Assembly (NCBI GenBank): GCA_041672565.1
Contig: JBAYZJ010000001.1
Location: 1-34,359, forward strand
Origin: Endomicrobiaceae bacterium
GTDB taxonomy: Bacteria > Elusimicrobiota > Endomicrobiia > Endomicrobiales > Endomicrobiaceae
Direction of reading: 5' to 3'
Length of the DNA: 34,359 nucleotides
Shown here: positions 8,001 through 17,117 of the stretch, one piece after another
How positions within the stretch are numbered: position 1 is the stretch's first letter
Layout of the letters: every line of letters starts with the position of its first letter
Notes under the pieces: generated by a model
Database searches by the model: none
The model's input: the letters and a program-made list of their open reading frames with translations, nothing else
What the model was told of the DNA's origin: nothing
Program-made: the position numbers and the translations under genes

Positions 8001-9330
8001 CACCGTTACGGATATAATTCAAAATTTAAAAAATAAATTTCCTTTTTTCGGAATCAATAAAATAAGAGAATTGAGCAGACTGGTATTTGAAATTTCAAAA
8101 AGAGAAAACATCGGATTTGGAGACGTTATAAACGAAATTGATGATCCGGCTTATGAAAAAGTTAAAGTTTTTTTGTTAAAAAGAAGATACCCGAAGACAT
8201 ACGGTTTTGTCCCCAAAGACAGTTTTTACCTTCCCGACATGAATATAAATTATAATGAATGCGCCGATTTAAACAGTAATAAATTTTATCCCAAAAAAAT
8301 TTATTATACAAAAGATGTGGTAAATTCAGCTCTTTACGGAAGAATAAAAACTTTATATGCGAATGCGGTTTTTATTGAAATAGAATCATTGAAAAAGTTT
8401 TTATGCGAAAATAAATTTTCAGTCAACGGATATAACAGAAGAAAAGAAAATTTATTTTTAACAAATGAAAAATATGATTTTTTCAAACCGTGTCCGTGTA
8501 CAAAAAACGTATTTTGCTGTAATTATTCAATTTTAAATACAGGATACGGTTGTCTTTATGAATGCAGTTATTGTTTTTTGCAGGGATATCAAAATGTTTC
8601 TGGAATCATTTTACCGTGCAATATATCGGATTTTCTTTGTAAAGAAAGAATTAAACCGGTCAAAAATCATTTGTTCGATTTACCGCGAGTAGGCAGCGGT
8701 GAATTTACCGACTCGTTGTTATTTGACGATATTACTTTATTTTCAACTGATATAGTGAAGTTTTTTAAAGAAAATAAACATATCTCTTTCGAGTTCAAAA
8801 CAAAAAGTATAAATATAGATAATTTGCTGAAACTTGGCGGAAGCAGAAATATTGTCGTTTCTTGGTCGGTCAACAGTGAAAAAATGATAGGGGAAAATGA
8901 GTTCTGCGCTCCGAAACTTAAAGACAGGCTGCTTGCTGCAAAAAAATGCGTTCAAGCAGGATACAGTGTCGGATTTCACTTTGATCCGGTAATACTTTAC
9001 ACAGGCTGGCGGCAAGGCTATAAAAAAGCAATAGATGATATATTTGATTTTATAGATGGAAAATATATAAAATGGATAAGCGTGGGTTCTTTAAGAATGC
9101 CTGCGGTTTTAAAAAAAGTAATAGAAAACAGATTTTCAAAAAATAAAATTCTTGATGAAGAACTGTTGTTGTCTCATGACGGAAAATTAAGATATGAAAC
9201 GTCCCGGAGAATCGAAATTTACAAATATTTACTTGAACAAATAAAGCTGCGCAGCGATAAAGTTTCCGTTTATTTATGCATGGAAGATATTAATGTCTGG
9301 AATTTGTCAGGATTCAAATTTGAAAAATGA
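7993..9330 (+). CDS. Radical SAM enzyme, spore-photoproduct-lyase (SplB/COG1533) family, with an N-terminal extension
   Basis: FFKPCPCTKNVFCCNYSILNTGYGCLYECSYCFLQ carries the CX3CX2C cluster motif. It closely parallels the SPL-family block (PCPgT..CC.y.il....GC...C.YCYLQ) from memory. It overlaps the upstream gene by 8 nt. Confidence 0.65.
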   Translation: MYNTVTDIIQNLKNKFPFFGINKIRELSRLVFEISKRENIGFGDVINEIDDPAYEKVKVFLLKRRYPKTYGFVPKDSFYLPDMNINYNECADLNSNKFYPKKIYYTKDVVNSALYGRIKTLYANAVFIEIESLKKFLCENKFSVNGYNRRKENLFLTNEKYDFFKPCPCTKNVFCCNYSILNTGYGCLYECSYCFLQGYQNVSGIILPCNISDFLCKERIKPVKNHLFDLPRVGSGEFTDSLLFDDITLFSTDIVKFFKENKHISFEFKTKSINIDNLLKLGGSRNIVVSWSVNSEKMIGENEFCAPKLKDRLLAAKKCVQAGYSVGFHFDPVILYTGWRQGYKKAIDDIFDFIDGKYIKWISVGSLRMPAVLKKVIENRFSKNKILDEELLLSHDGKLRYETSRRIEIYKYLLEQIKLRSDKVSVYLCMEDINVWNLSGFKFEK

Positions 9331-9344
9331 TGTCCGGAGGAAAA

Positions 9345-9851
9345 ATGAAAAAAATTATCGGATTGTTTTTAGCACTTGTTTTTGCTGCGGCCTGCACGCA
9401 GCAGGTTCCTGTGTCGGATTATAAAAAAGGTATAGAAGCCGCAAAAAACAAACAATATGATCAGGCTATAGCTTTTTTTAACACTGCTGCGGCAACGGAA
9501 AAAGATAAAGATATGGTAGCTAATGCTCTTTATAATGCGGGATTATGTTACGGTATTAAAGAGAACTACGAAGAAGAAATATCTTATTATAAAAAAGCTC
9601 TTGAAGCATCTGACAGCTGTCAGCCTGCTTTATATGATTTGGGAATGTATTATAAAAAGAACGGCGATAATGAAAATTCTTTAAAAATGTTTGAAAAGTT
9701 AACGGAAGTTAACCCTACTCATGAGGGAGCTTTTTATATGGTCGGGTTAATTTACGGTGAAAACGGTGATAAAGAAAAGTCGGAAGAATATTTAAAAAAA
9801 GCAGCTGAGCTCGGCAGCGCTGAAGCTCAGGCGGCAATAAATCAGAAATAA
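9345..9851 (+). CDS. TPR/Sel1-like repeat lipoprotein
   Basis: Signal peptide plus lipobox-like MKKIIGLFLALVFAAAC. TPR-like repeats (YNAGLCYGIKENYEEEISYYKKALE; YDLGMYYKKNGDNENSLKMFEKL; FYMVGLIYGENGDKEKSEEYLKKA). SD GGAGG lies 4 nt before the ATG at 9345; the ORF-track start at 9327 was rejected. Confidence 0.7.
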   Translation: MKKIIGLFLALVFAAACTQQVPVSDYKKGIEAAKNKQYDQAIAFFNTAAATEKDKDMVANALYNAGLCYGIKENYEEEISYYKKALEASDSCQPALYDLGMYYKKNGDNENSLKMFEKLTEVNPTHEGAFYMVGLIYGENGDKEKSEEYLKKAAELGSAEAQAAINQK

Positions 9852-9868
9852 CATACAAAGGCAAAACA

Positions 9869-12520
9869 ATGGAAATGGAAAAAATTTACGATGCAAAAAA
9901 AGTAGAAGAAAAATGGGTTGATTACTGGATTAGAAATAAAACGTTTTCTTCTAAAATAGATAACGGCAAAAAATCTTTTACAGTGGTAATCCCTCCTCCG
10001 AACGTAACGGGTTCTTTGCATATGGGTCATGCTTTGAACAATACTCTTCAGGATATAATAATAAGATTCAAAAAAATGCAGGGATATAATACTTTATGGG
10101 TTCCCGGGACGGACCACGGCGGAATAGCGACGCAAAATGTCGTTGAAAAACTTCTAAAGAAAGAAGGAAAAACAAAATATGATCTTGGCAGAGAAAAATT
10201 CGTTGAAAAGATGTGGCAGTGGAGGGAAGAAACAGGCGATACCATTTTGGATCAATTGAAAAAATTAGGCTGCGGGCTTGACTGGGACAGAACAAGATTT
10301 ACTATGGATGAGGCTTGCTCAAAATCTGTTAAAAAAGCGTTTAAGAATTTTTATGACAGAGGATTGATTTACAGAGGTAAAAGGCTTGTTAACTGGTGCA
10401 CAAGATGTAATACTGCTTTATCTGATATTGAAGTTGAGTATGTTCAGGAAAAAGGAAACTTATGGTATATAAAATATCCGATAAAAAATTCAAGTGATTT
10501 TCTTACGGTTGCGACTACAAGGCCTGAAACAATGCTTGGAGACACGGCGGTCGCAGTAAATCCTAACGATGACAGATATAAAGATTTAGTAGGCAGAACA
10601 GTTATTCTTCCTCTTACAGGAAGAGAAATTAAGATTGTTGCGGATTATATTGTTGATACTGTGTTCGGCACAGGAGCAGTAAAGGTGACTCCTGCACATG
10701 ACGGCACGGATTATGAAATTGCAAGAAGGCATGATCTTGAAATTCTTGAAGTAATTGACGCTGACGGGAAAATGACTGATTTAGTTGAAAAATATAAAGG
10801 TTTAAACGTAAAAGAAGCAAGAGAACTTATAGTTAATGATTTACATGATCAGGGCTATCTTCTGAAAACTGAAGATTACAGCCATTCTGTAGGCAGATGT
10901 TACAGATGTTCAACGACTATAGAGCCTATAATGTCGGAACAATGGTTTCTAAAAGTTGACGAAATGTCTAAAAAAGCTGCTGAAGTTGCCGGCAACGGCG
11001 AAGTAAAATTTTATCCCTCTTCATGGCAAAAACCTTATACCGCATGGCTTGAAAATTTAAGAGACTGGTGTATCAGCAGACAGATATGGTGGGGACACAG
11101 GATTCCGGTTTATTACTGTGTTGACGAAAATGGTGCAAGAACTTCATGTAATCTTATAGTTTCCGAAGAAAAACCTGAAAAATGTCCTTGTTGCGGCAAT
11201 ACGAAGATTGTGCAGGATAATGACGTTTTGGATACATGGTTTTCATCCGCTTTGTGGCCGTTCAGCGTATTTCACTGGGGGGAAAAGCCTGATAATGAAG
11301 AATTAAAATATTATTATCCTACAGGCGTGCTTGTAACAGGTCATGAAATACTTTATTTGTGGGTTGCGAGAATGGTTCAAATGGGGCTTGAATTCTTAAA
11401 CGATGTTCCGTTTAAGGATGTTTTTATACACGGTATAGTCAGAGACAAGTCAGGCAAGAAAATGTCAAAATCTTTAGGAAATGTCGTAAATCCTTTAGAA
11501 ATTATGGATAAATTCGGAACTGATGCTCTAAGATTTGCACTTGCTCAGGTTGCAGCTCCCGGAAGAGATATGCAGATATCAGACGAATCTTTTTTGAGCG
11601 CAAGGAATTTTGCAAATAAAATATGGAACGCATCAAGATTCATTCTTATGAATATGGGAGATTTAAAAATATCTGATGAACCTGTATTGAAAGAATTGTC
11701 AGACAAATGGATTATCAGCGAGTATAATTTAACAGTACAAAACGTAACAAGGGCTTTTGAAATTTATGATATTGATGTTGCCGCGAGAACTCTTTATGAT
11801 TTCTTCTGGACAAAATTTTGCGATTGGTATATAGAATTGTCAAAAATAAGAATGACTTCCGAAAATCAGGAAGAGAAAAAACAGGTTTTGTCCGTTCTTC
11901 TTTATATTTTAAAAGGTACTATTAAAATGCTTTCTCCGATTATGCCTTTTATTACGGATGAAATATGGACTATTTTTAACGATAAACAAGAAAGCGTCGT
12001 TTTGAGTGATTTTCCGGAATACAATGATAAATTGATTTTTGCAGAAGAAACAAAAGAAATGGCGGTTATACAGGAAATAATTTCTAAGGTAAGAAATATA
12101 AGAAGCGAGATGAATGTTTCTCCTGCGGTTTTTATTGATGCTTTTGTAAATGTTCTGGATGATTTAAAATCTTCAATAGTAATCAATAACCAGGATTATA
12201 TTAAAGGTATTGCAAAAATAAAAACTTTGACTTTGGGTAAGGATATTAAAAGACAAAAAAATTCAGCTCTTGCCGTTGCTACGGGTTTTGAAATATTTAT
12301 ACCTTTGGAAGGTTTAATAGATATTGATAAAGAAAAAGCCAGAATCAATAAAGAAATTTTATTATTGGAACAGGATAAAGAAAGATGCTCTAAAAAACTT
12401 TCAAACGAATCTTTTGTAACGCGTGCTCCTAAGGAAGAAGTAGATAAAATGAAAATAAGACTGAGCGATGCCGACGTTAAAATTGCGGCTTTGAACAAAA
12501 GTCTTGAGTTTATCGGCTAA
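9869..12520 (+). CDS. valS: Valine--tRNA ligase
   Basis: 883 aa. Has the HIGH-type motif (PPPNVTGSLHMGHAL), KMSKS, the editing-domain block TTRPETMLGDTAVAVNP, and a C-terminal coiled coil. Confidence 0.96.
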   Translation: MEMEKIYDAKKVEEKWVDYWIRNKTFSSKIDNGKKSFTVVIPPPNVTGSLHMGHALNNTLQDIIIRFKKMQGYNTLWVPGTDHGGIATQNVVEKLLKKEGKTKYDLGREKFVEKMWQWREETGDTILDQLKKLGCGLDWDRTRFTMDEACSKSVKKAFKNFYDRGLIYRGKRLVNWCTRCNTALSDIEVEYVQEKGNLWYIKYPIKNSSDFLTVATTRPETMLGDTAVAVNPNDDRYKDLVGRTVILPLTGREIKIVADYIVDTVFGTGAVKVTPAHDGTDYEIARRHDLEILEVIDADGKMTDLVEKYKGLNVKEARELIVNDLHDQGYLLKTEDYSHSVGRCYRCSTTIEPIMSEQWFLKVDEMSKKAAEVAGNGEVKFYPSSWQKPYTAWLENLRDWCISRQIWWGHRIPVYYCVDENGARTSCNLIVSEEKPEKCPCCGNTKIVQDNDVLDTWFSSALWPFSVFHWGEKPDNEELKYYYPTGVLVTGHEILYLWVARMVQMGLEFLNDVPFKDVFIHGIVRDKSGKKMSKSLGNVVNPLEIMDKFGTDALRFALAQVAAPGRDMQISDESFLSARNFANKIWNASRFILMNMGDLKISDEPVLKELSDKWIISEYNLTVQNVTRAFEIYDIDVAARTLYDFFWTKFCDWYIELSKIRMTSENQEEKKQVLSVLLYILKGTIKMLSPIMPFITDEIWTIFNDKQESVVLSDFPEYNDKLIFAEETKEMAVIQEIISKVRNIRSEMNVSPAVFIDAFVNVLDDLKSSIVINNQDYIKGIAKIKTLTLGKDIKRQKNSALAVATGFEIFIPLEGLIDIDKEKARINKEILLLEQDKERCSKKLSNESFVTRAPKEEVDKMKIRLSDADVKIAALNKSLEFIG

Positions 12521-12565
12521 CTTGTAACGTAAAAAAAAGATGAAATAAATAAAAAGGTTATTTAA

Positions 12566-13252
12566 ATGAGAAAAATAAAAATAGTTAAAAATTATTTGAA
12601 GCATGCTGAAGGGTCATGTATGTTTTCTTTGGGAGAGACCAAAGTGTTGTGTGTGGCTACGGTTGAAGAAAAAGTTCCTCCTTTTATGGAAGCAAAAAAA
12701 ACTGATGAAGGGTGGGTAACGGCGGAATATTCCATGATGCCGAGATCATGTAATGAAAGAATATCCAGAAAAAGACTGCAAAACGGCAGAGCTCAGGAAA
12801 TATCAAGATTAATAGGAAGATCTTTAAGAGCCAGCGTTGATTTAAAAAAATTAGGCAAAAGAACCATAACGATAGACTGCGACGTTATAAGGGCTGACGG
12901 AGGCACAAGAACTGCGTCAGTAAACGGCGGGTTTGTAGCTTTAGTTTTAGCGCTTAAAAATTTGCGGAAAAAGAAAATTATACAGGAACTTCCCGTAAAA
13001 GATTTTATAGGAGCAGTAAGCGTAGGCTTTGCAAACGGGAAAATGGTTCTTGATTTATCCGCCAAAGAAGACAATGTAGCCGATGTAGATATGAATGTAG
13101 TTATGACTGACAAGGGTGATTTAATTGAAGTTCAGGGTACCGCCGAAGGAGGTCTTTTTTCAAGGAAAGATTTAAACAATATGATTGATGCGGCGTTTTC
13201 AGGAATACAGAAAATAACCGCGGCGCAGAAAAAGGCTTTGGGAAAATTATGA
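12566..13252 (+). CDS. rph: Ribonuclease PH
   Basis: HAEGSCMFSLGETKVLCVATVEEKVPPF, WVTAEYSMMPRS, IDCDVIRADGGTRTASVNG and DMNVVMT are colinear with B. subtilis RNase PH as recalled. An in-frame stop sits immediately upstream of the ATG. Confidence 0.93.
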   Translation: MRKIKIVKNYLKHAEGSCMFSLGETKVLCVATVEEKVPPFMEAKKTDEGWVTAEYSMMPRSCNERISRKRLQNGRAQEISRLIGRSLRASVDLKKLGKRTITIDCDVIRADGGTRTASVNGGFVALVLALKNLRKKKIIQELPVKDFIGAVSVGFANGKMVLDLSAKEDNVADVDMNVVMTDKGDLIEVQGTAEGGLFSRKDLNNMIDAAFSGIQKITAAQKKALGKL

Positions 13253-13860
13253 AAATAGATGAAATAATACTTGCTACAGGCAACAAACATAAAGTATTTG
13301 AAATAACGGATATATTAAAAGATTTGGGCATAGCCGTAAAGCCTATGATAGAATTCACAAAGTATCCCGAGGTTGTTGAAGACGGCAATACTTTGGAAGA
13401 AAATGCCGTTAAAAAAGCCGTAGAAGTCGCAAAATTTTTTAATAAATGGGCATTAGCCGATGATACCGGGCTTGAAGTTGCATATTTAAACGGAGCACCC
13501 GGAGTATATTCCTCAAGGTATGCAGGCGAAGATTGTTCTTACGATGACAATAACCAAAAGCTTTTAAAAGCGCTTTCGGGTGTGCCGGCTGAAGAAAGAA
13601 AAGCAAAATTCAGATGCGTAATAGCATTAAGCGACCCGCATGGCAATATTCATATTCTTTCAAACGGAGAAATTAACGGATTAATCAGCATGGATTTATC
13701 AGGTTCAAAAGGTTTCGGTTATGATCCGATTTTTTTTGTAAAAGAATATAACAAAACTTTTGCAGAGCTCGGCAACGGCATAAAAAATGAAATAAGCCAC
13801 AGAGCTATGGCATTAAAAGAGTTTAAAAATAAATTGAAATTAATGATATTAAACAATTAA
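13249..13860 (+). CDS. rdgB: Non-canonical purine NTP pyrophosphatase (dITP/XTP, RdgB/HAM1 family)
   Basis: ILATGNKHKVFE, ADDTGLEV, LNGAPGVYSSRYAG, GFGYDPIFF and SHRAMA motifs. ATGA overlap with rph. The rph-rdgB pairing is widely conserved. Confidence 0.92.
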   Translation: MKIDEIILATGNKHKVFEITDILKDLGIAVKPMIEFTKYPEVVEDGNTLEENAVKKAVEVAKFFNKWALADDTGLEVAYLNGAPGVYSSRYAGEDCSYDDNNQKLLKALSGVPAEERKAKFRCVIALSDPHGNIHILSNGEINGLISMDLSGSKGFGYDPIFFVKEYNKTFAELGNGIKNEISHRAMALKEFKNKLKLMILNN

Positions 13861-13881
13861 ATTGCAGTTATGTCATAAAGT

Positions 13882-13910
13882 TTGAAAAAAACCATTCTAA
13901 AAGATATAAT
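13882..13910 (+). promoter_or_regulatory. Near-consensus sigma70 promoter (TTGAAA, 17 nt, TATAAT) directly abutting pyrD
   Basis: TTGAAA at 13882-13887, an exact 17-nt spacer, TATAAT at 13905-13910. The pyrD ATG is at 13920, only 9 nt after the -10, and no SD lies between them. Confidence 0.55.
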
Positions 13911-13919
13911 AATTAACTT

Positions 13920-14828
13920 ATGAAAAATAATATTTGCACAGATTTTATCGGAATAAACTTAAAAACGCCTCTGCTTACGGCTTCAGGCACTTTCGGGTAC
14001 GGAGACGAATTAACAGATTTGGCTGATTTAAATAAAATAGGCGCTATAATAACTAAGACAATAACGTTTGAGGCAAGACAGGGAAATCCCCAGCCGAGAA
14101 TAGCCGAAGTTTCTTCAGGTATGCTTAATACAATAGGTCTTCAAAACGTAGGCGTGCATAAATTTGTTGAAGATAAGCTGGAAAATGTTTTGAAATTAAA
14201 AGTTCCCGTTATAGTCAGCGTCGCCGGAGCCTGCACTGACGATTATGTTAAGACTGTAAAAATATTAAATGCTTTTAATAAAATATCCGCAGTCGAATTG
14301 AATCTCTCATGCCCTAATTTAAAAAAAACTATAATTTCTCAGGACATTAATTTGTTCGCCGGTATAATAAGAAAAGTCAAAAAGATTTCTAAATTTCCTG
14401 TAATTGCGAAATTGTCTCCTCAGGTTCAGGACATCGCTTTGCTTTCGCAGACTGCGCAGGATTGCGGAGCCGCTGCCGTGACTCTTACTAATACTTTTCC
14501 AGCCATGGCAATAGATATTGATACTTTTAAACCTAAATTATCTACGGTTAAAGGCGGAATGTCAGGTCCTTGCGTAAAGCCTATGGCTTTACGATGCGTA
14601 TATGACGCATATCAAAAAATTAAAATTCCTATTATAGGCTGCGGAGGCATATGCAACGGAAATGATGTAATCGAATTTCTTTTAGCCGGAGCAAGATGCG
14701 TAAGCATGGGAACTGCCGCATTGGTTGATCCTGATGTTTTTGAGTCAACGGCAAAAGAGCTTCAAGAATATTTAAAAAATAAAAAAATATCAAATATAAA
14801 AGATTTGATCGGCAAGGTTAAATTATGA
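13920..14828 (+). CDS. pyrD: Dihydroorotate dehydrogenase, class 1 catalytic subunit
   Basis: LLTASGTFGYG, NTIGLQN, ELNLSCPN (active-site Cys type) and GCGGI motifs. No pyrK-like partner gene is adjacent. Confidence 0.9.
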   Translation: MKNNICTDFIGINLKTPLLTASGTFGYGDELTDLADLNKIGAIITKTITFEARQGNPQPRIAEVSSGMLNTIGLQNVGVHKFVEDKLENVLKLKVPVIVSVAGACTDDYVKTVKILNAFNKISAVELNLSCPNLKKTIISQDINLFAGIIRKVKKISKFPVIAKLSPQVQDIALLSQTAQDCGAAAVTLTNTFPAMAIDIDTFKPKLSTVKGGMSGPCVKPMALRCVYDAYQKIKIPIIGCGGICNGNDVIEFLLAGARCVSMGTAALVDPDVFESTAKELQEYLKNKKISNIKDLIGKVKL

Positions 14829-15469
14829 AAAAAACTATTTTGGCGTTAGATGTTTTTGATTTTAAAAAAGCAGAAAAATTGGTAAAAGATTTAAGTCCTT
14901 ACATAGATATATTCAAAGTAGGACCGATATTGTTTTTACAGTCAGGAAGAGAAATAATTAAGATGATAAATAATAACGGTAAAAAAGTTTTTCTGGATCT
15001 TAAATTTCACGATATACCGGCCACTGTTCAAAGGTCTGTAATGTCAGCCCGCGACTTGGGCGTATACAGTTTAACCGTTCATTCCTGCGGCGGAGATGAA
15101 ATGTTGAAGCTTGCGTGTTCAGTTGAAAATCGTCCTAAAATTTGGGCAGTTACCGTTTTAACCAGCCAGATAACAACTCCGGAAGAAGTTCTCGGCAGGG
15201 CAGCACTGGCAAAAGAATGCGGTGTAAACGGCGTTATATCGTCTCCTCTTGAAATTGAAACTATAAAAAAAACATGCGGTAAAGAATTTGAAGTCATAAC
15301 TCCAGGAATAAGACCTGCCAAAGCAAATGATGACCAAAAGAGAGTTGCAACGCCTGAAAGCGCAGTTAAGGCAGGGGCGGATTATATTGTCGTAGGAAGA
15401 CCTGTAATAGAGGCTGAAGATCCTGTTAAAGCTGCAAAAAATGTATATGAATCTATAAAGGAGTTGTAA
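14825..15469 (+). CDS. pyrF: Orotidine 5'-phosphate decarboxylase
   Basis: ILALDVFD, FKVGPILF, FLDLKFHDIP and VVGRPV motifs. ATGA overlap with pyrD. Confidence 0.92.
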   Translation: MKKTILALDVFDFKKAEKLVKDLSPYIDIFKVGPILFLQSGREIIKMINNNGKKVFLDLKFHDIPATVQRSVMSARDLGVYSLTVHSCGGDEMLKLACSVENRPKIWAVTVLTSQITTPEEVLGRAALAKECGVNGVISSPLEIETIKKTCGKEFEVITPGIRPAKANDDQKRVATPESAVKAGADYIVVGRPVIEAEDPVKAAKNVYESIKEL

Positions 15470-15470
15470 G

Positions 15471-16046
15471 GTGGAACAAAACGAAATGAAAGAACTTTTT
15501 AAAAAGTATAATGCTCTTCTGAACGGTCATTTTTTATTATCAAGCGGGTTGCATTCGGATACATATTTTCAATCTGCTTTAATTTTACAAAATCCTAAAA
15601 TAGCGTCAATATTAGCCGAAAATTTAAAATGTGAAATATTAAAGAAAGTCAAAAATATAGATTTGATAGTTTCTCCTGCCATGGGGGGAATAATTATAGG
15701 TCATGAAATGGGAAGAGCTTTTGATAAAAGAGCTATATTCTGCGAAAGAGTTGACGGTAAACTTGTTTTAAGAAGAGGTTTTGAAATAAATAAAGGCGAA
15801 AAAGTCCTTGTCGTTGAAGATGTTATTACTACAGGATTGTCAACAAGAGAAGTGATAGATTCTATTACTCCTCTTGGAGCGGATGTAGCCGCAGTTTGTT
15901 CTTTAGTTGACAGAAGCGCCGGTAAAGTTGATTTCGGCGTTCCGAGATTTTCTTTATTGAGTTTGGAAGTAAAAAGCTATAAGCCTGAAGAATGTCCTTT
16001 ATGCAAGCAGGGAAGTTCTCCTGTAAAACCGGGCAGCAGAAAATAA
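15471..16046 (+). CDS. pyrE: Orotate phosphoribosyltransferase (GHFxLSSGxHS type)
   Basis: LNGHFLLSSGLHSDTYFQ and the PRPP-binding loop VLVVEDVITTGLST. GTG start at 15471 with SD AAGGAG 7 nt upstream; an alternative ATG is at 15486. Confidence 0.9.
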   Translation: MEQNEMKELFKKYNALLNGHFLLSSGLHSDTYFQSALILQNPKIASILAENLKCEILKKVKNIDLIVSPAMGGIIIGHEMGRAFDKRAIFCERVDGKLVLRRGFEINKGEKVLVVEDVITTGLSTREVIDSITPLGADVAAVCSLVDRSAGKVDFGVPRFSLLSLEVKSYKPEECPLCKQGSSPVKPGSRK

Positions 16047-16061
16047 AAATAGGAGAAAGAA

Positions 16062-17027
16062 ATGGCTGTTACATACAAAAAATCTGGCGTTAATATTGAT
16101 GCTGGGAACGAACTTGTCAAAAAAATAAAAAAGAATTTGCCAAAAATAGGCGGTTTCGGCGGATTGTTTCCTTTAAACGGTACAAAGTATAATTTGGTAA
16201 GTTCTACCGACGGTGTAGGAACAAAACTAAAAATAGCTTTTTTGGTTGATAAACATGATACTGTAGGTATAGATTTAGTTGCAATGAATGTAAACGATCT
16301 TATATGCTGCGGGGCAAAGCCGTTATTTTTTCTAGATTATTTTGCATGCGGGAAACTCAATGTCGCTCTTGCGGAGCAGGTTATTAAAGGTATCGCTGAG
16401 GGCTGTAAACAGGCGGATTCGCAGCTTATCGGAGGAGAAACCGCAGAAATGCCTGGATTTTATAAGGGTGAAGAATATGATTTAGCAGGTTTTTCCGTAG
16501 GCGTTGTCGAAAAAGGAAAAGAAATAACAGGAAAAGATATTAAAGATGGAGATATAGTTATAGGCCTTCCGTCAAGCGGACCTCATTCCAACGGATATTC
16601 TCTTATAAGAAAAGTTTTTAATGAAAAAGAATTAAAAAAATATTCAAAGCAGTTGCTTGCCCCTACAAAAATATACGTCAGAGAAGTCCTTGCCGCATTA
16701 AAAAAATTCAACAGCGGCAAAAAAAATAAAATAGTAGGACTCTCTCATATTACCGGCGGGAGCTTTTATGATAAAATGGGAAGAATTTTGCCTCAGGACG
16801 CGCATGTTGTAATAGAAAAAAAATCATGGAAAGTTCCTGAAATATTTGAAATAATCAAAAAGAAAGGAAATGTTCCTGAAGAGGATATATACAGAACTTT
16901 AAATATGGGTATAGGTATGGCGATTTTTGCAAGAGCTGATTATGCCGGCGATATAAAAAAATATTTTAAAGGTTCAAAAATCATAGGGCGCGTTGAAAAG
17001 GGCGCAAAAGGTGTTGAACTTGTCTGA
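16062..17027 (+). CDS. purM: Phosphoribosylformylglycinamidine cyclo-ligase (AIR synthetase)
   Basis: YKKSGVNIDAGN, STDGVGTKLKIA, VNDLICCGAKPLFFLDY, GGETAEMPG and PSSGPHSNGYSL motifs. SD AGGAG lies upstream. Confidence 0.93.
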   Translation: MAVTYKKSGVNIDAGNELVKKIKKNLPKIGGFGGLFPLNGTKYNLVSSTDGVGTKLKIAFLVDKHDTVGIDLVAMNVNDLICCGAKPLFFLDYFACGKLNVALAEQVIKGIAEGCKQADSQLIGGETAEMPGFYKGEEYDLAGFSVGVVEKGKEITGKDIKDGDIVIGLPSSGPHSNGYSLIRKVFNEKELKKYSKQLLAPTKIYVREVLAALKKFNSGKKNKIVGLSHITGGSFYDKMGRILPQDAHVVIEKKSWKVPEIFEIIKKKGNVPEEDIYRTLNMGIGMAIFARADYAGDIKKYFKGSKIIGRVEKGAKGVELV

Positions 17028-17070
17028 CGCAGGCTGCATAGTGAAAATAATAAATTCACATTAATAAACA

Positions 17071-17117
17071 AGACGGCAAAAACATAGACCTGAAAGTTTT
17101 GCCGTCTCGTGTTTTTT
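17071..17117 (+). terminator. Rho-independent terminator after purM
   Basis: 11-bp perfect stem AGACGGCAAAA (17071-17081) / TTTTGCCGTCT (17097-17107), with a 15-nt loop, followed by CGTGTTTTTT. Confidence 0.7.

Noticed and set aside
9852-9868. T-box leader or other regulatory RNA ahead of valS.
   Set aside because: Only 17 nt separate the lipoprotein stop from the valS ATG, far too short. valS is evidently co-transcribed with upstream genes.
12566-12600. RNase PH appears to lack about 11 N-terminal residues (the RxDGR segment) relative to the B. subtilis and E. coli enzymes as I recall them.
   Set aside because: An in-frame TAA sits directly upstream of the ATG, so this is not a mis-called start. 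The catalytic and phosphate-binding blocks downstream are intact. It is probably normal lineage variation rather than a pseudogene.
17041-17059. Small hairpin GTGAA-N9-TTCAC just after purM.
   Set aside because: It has only a 5-bp AT-rich stem and no T-tract. The real terminator is the 11-bp stem at 17071-17117.
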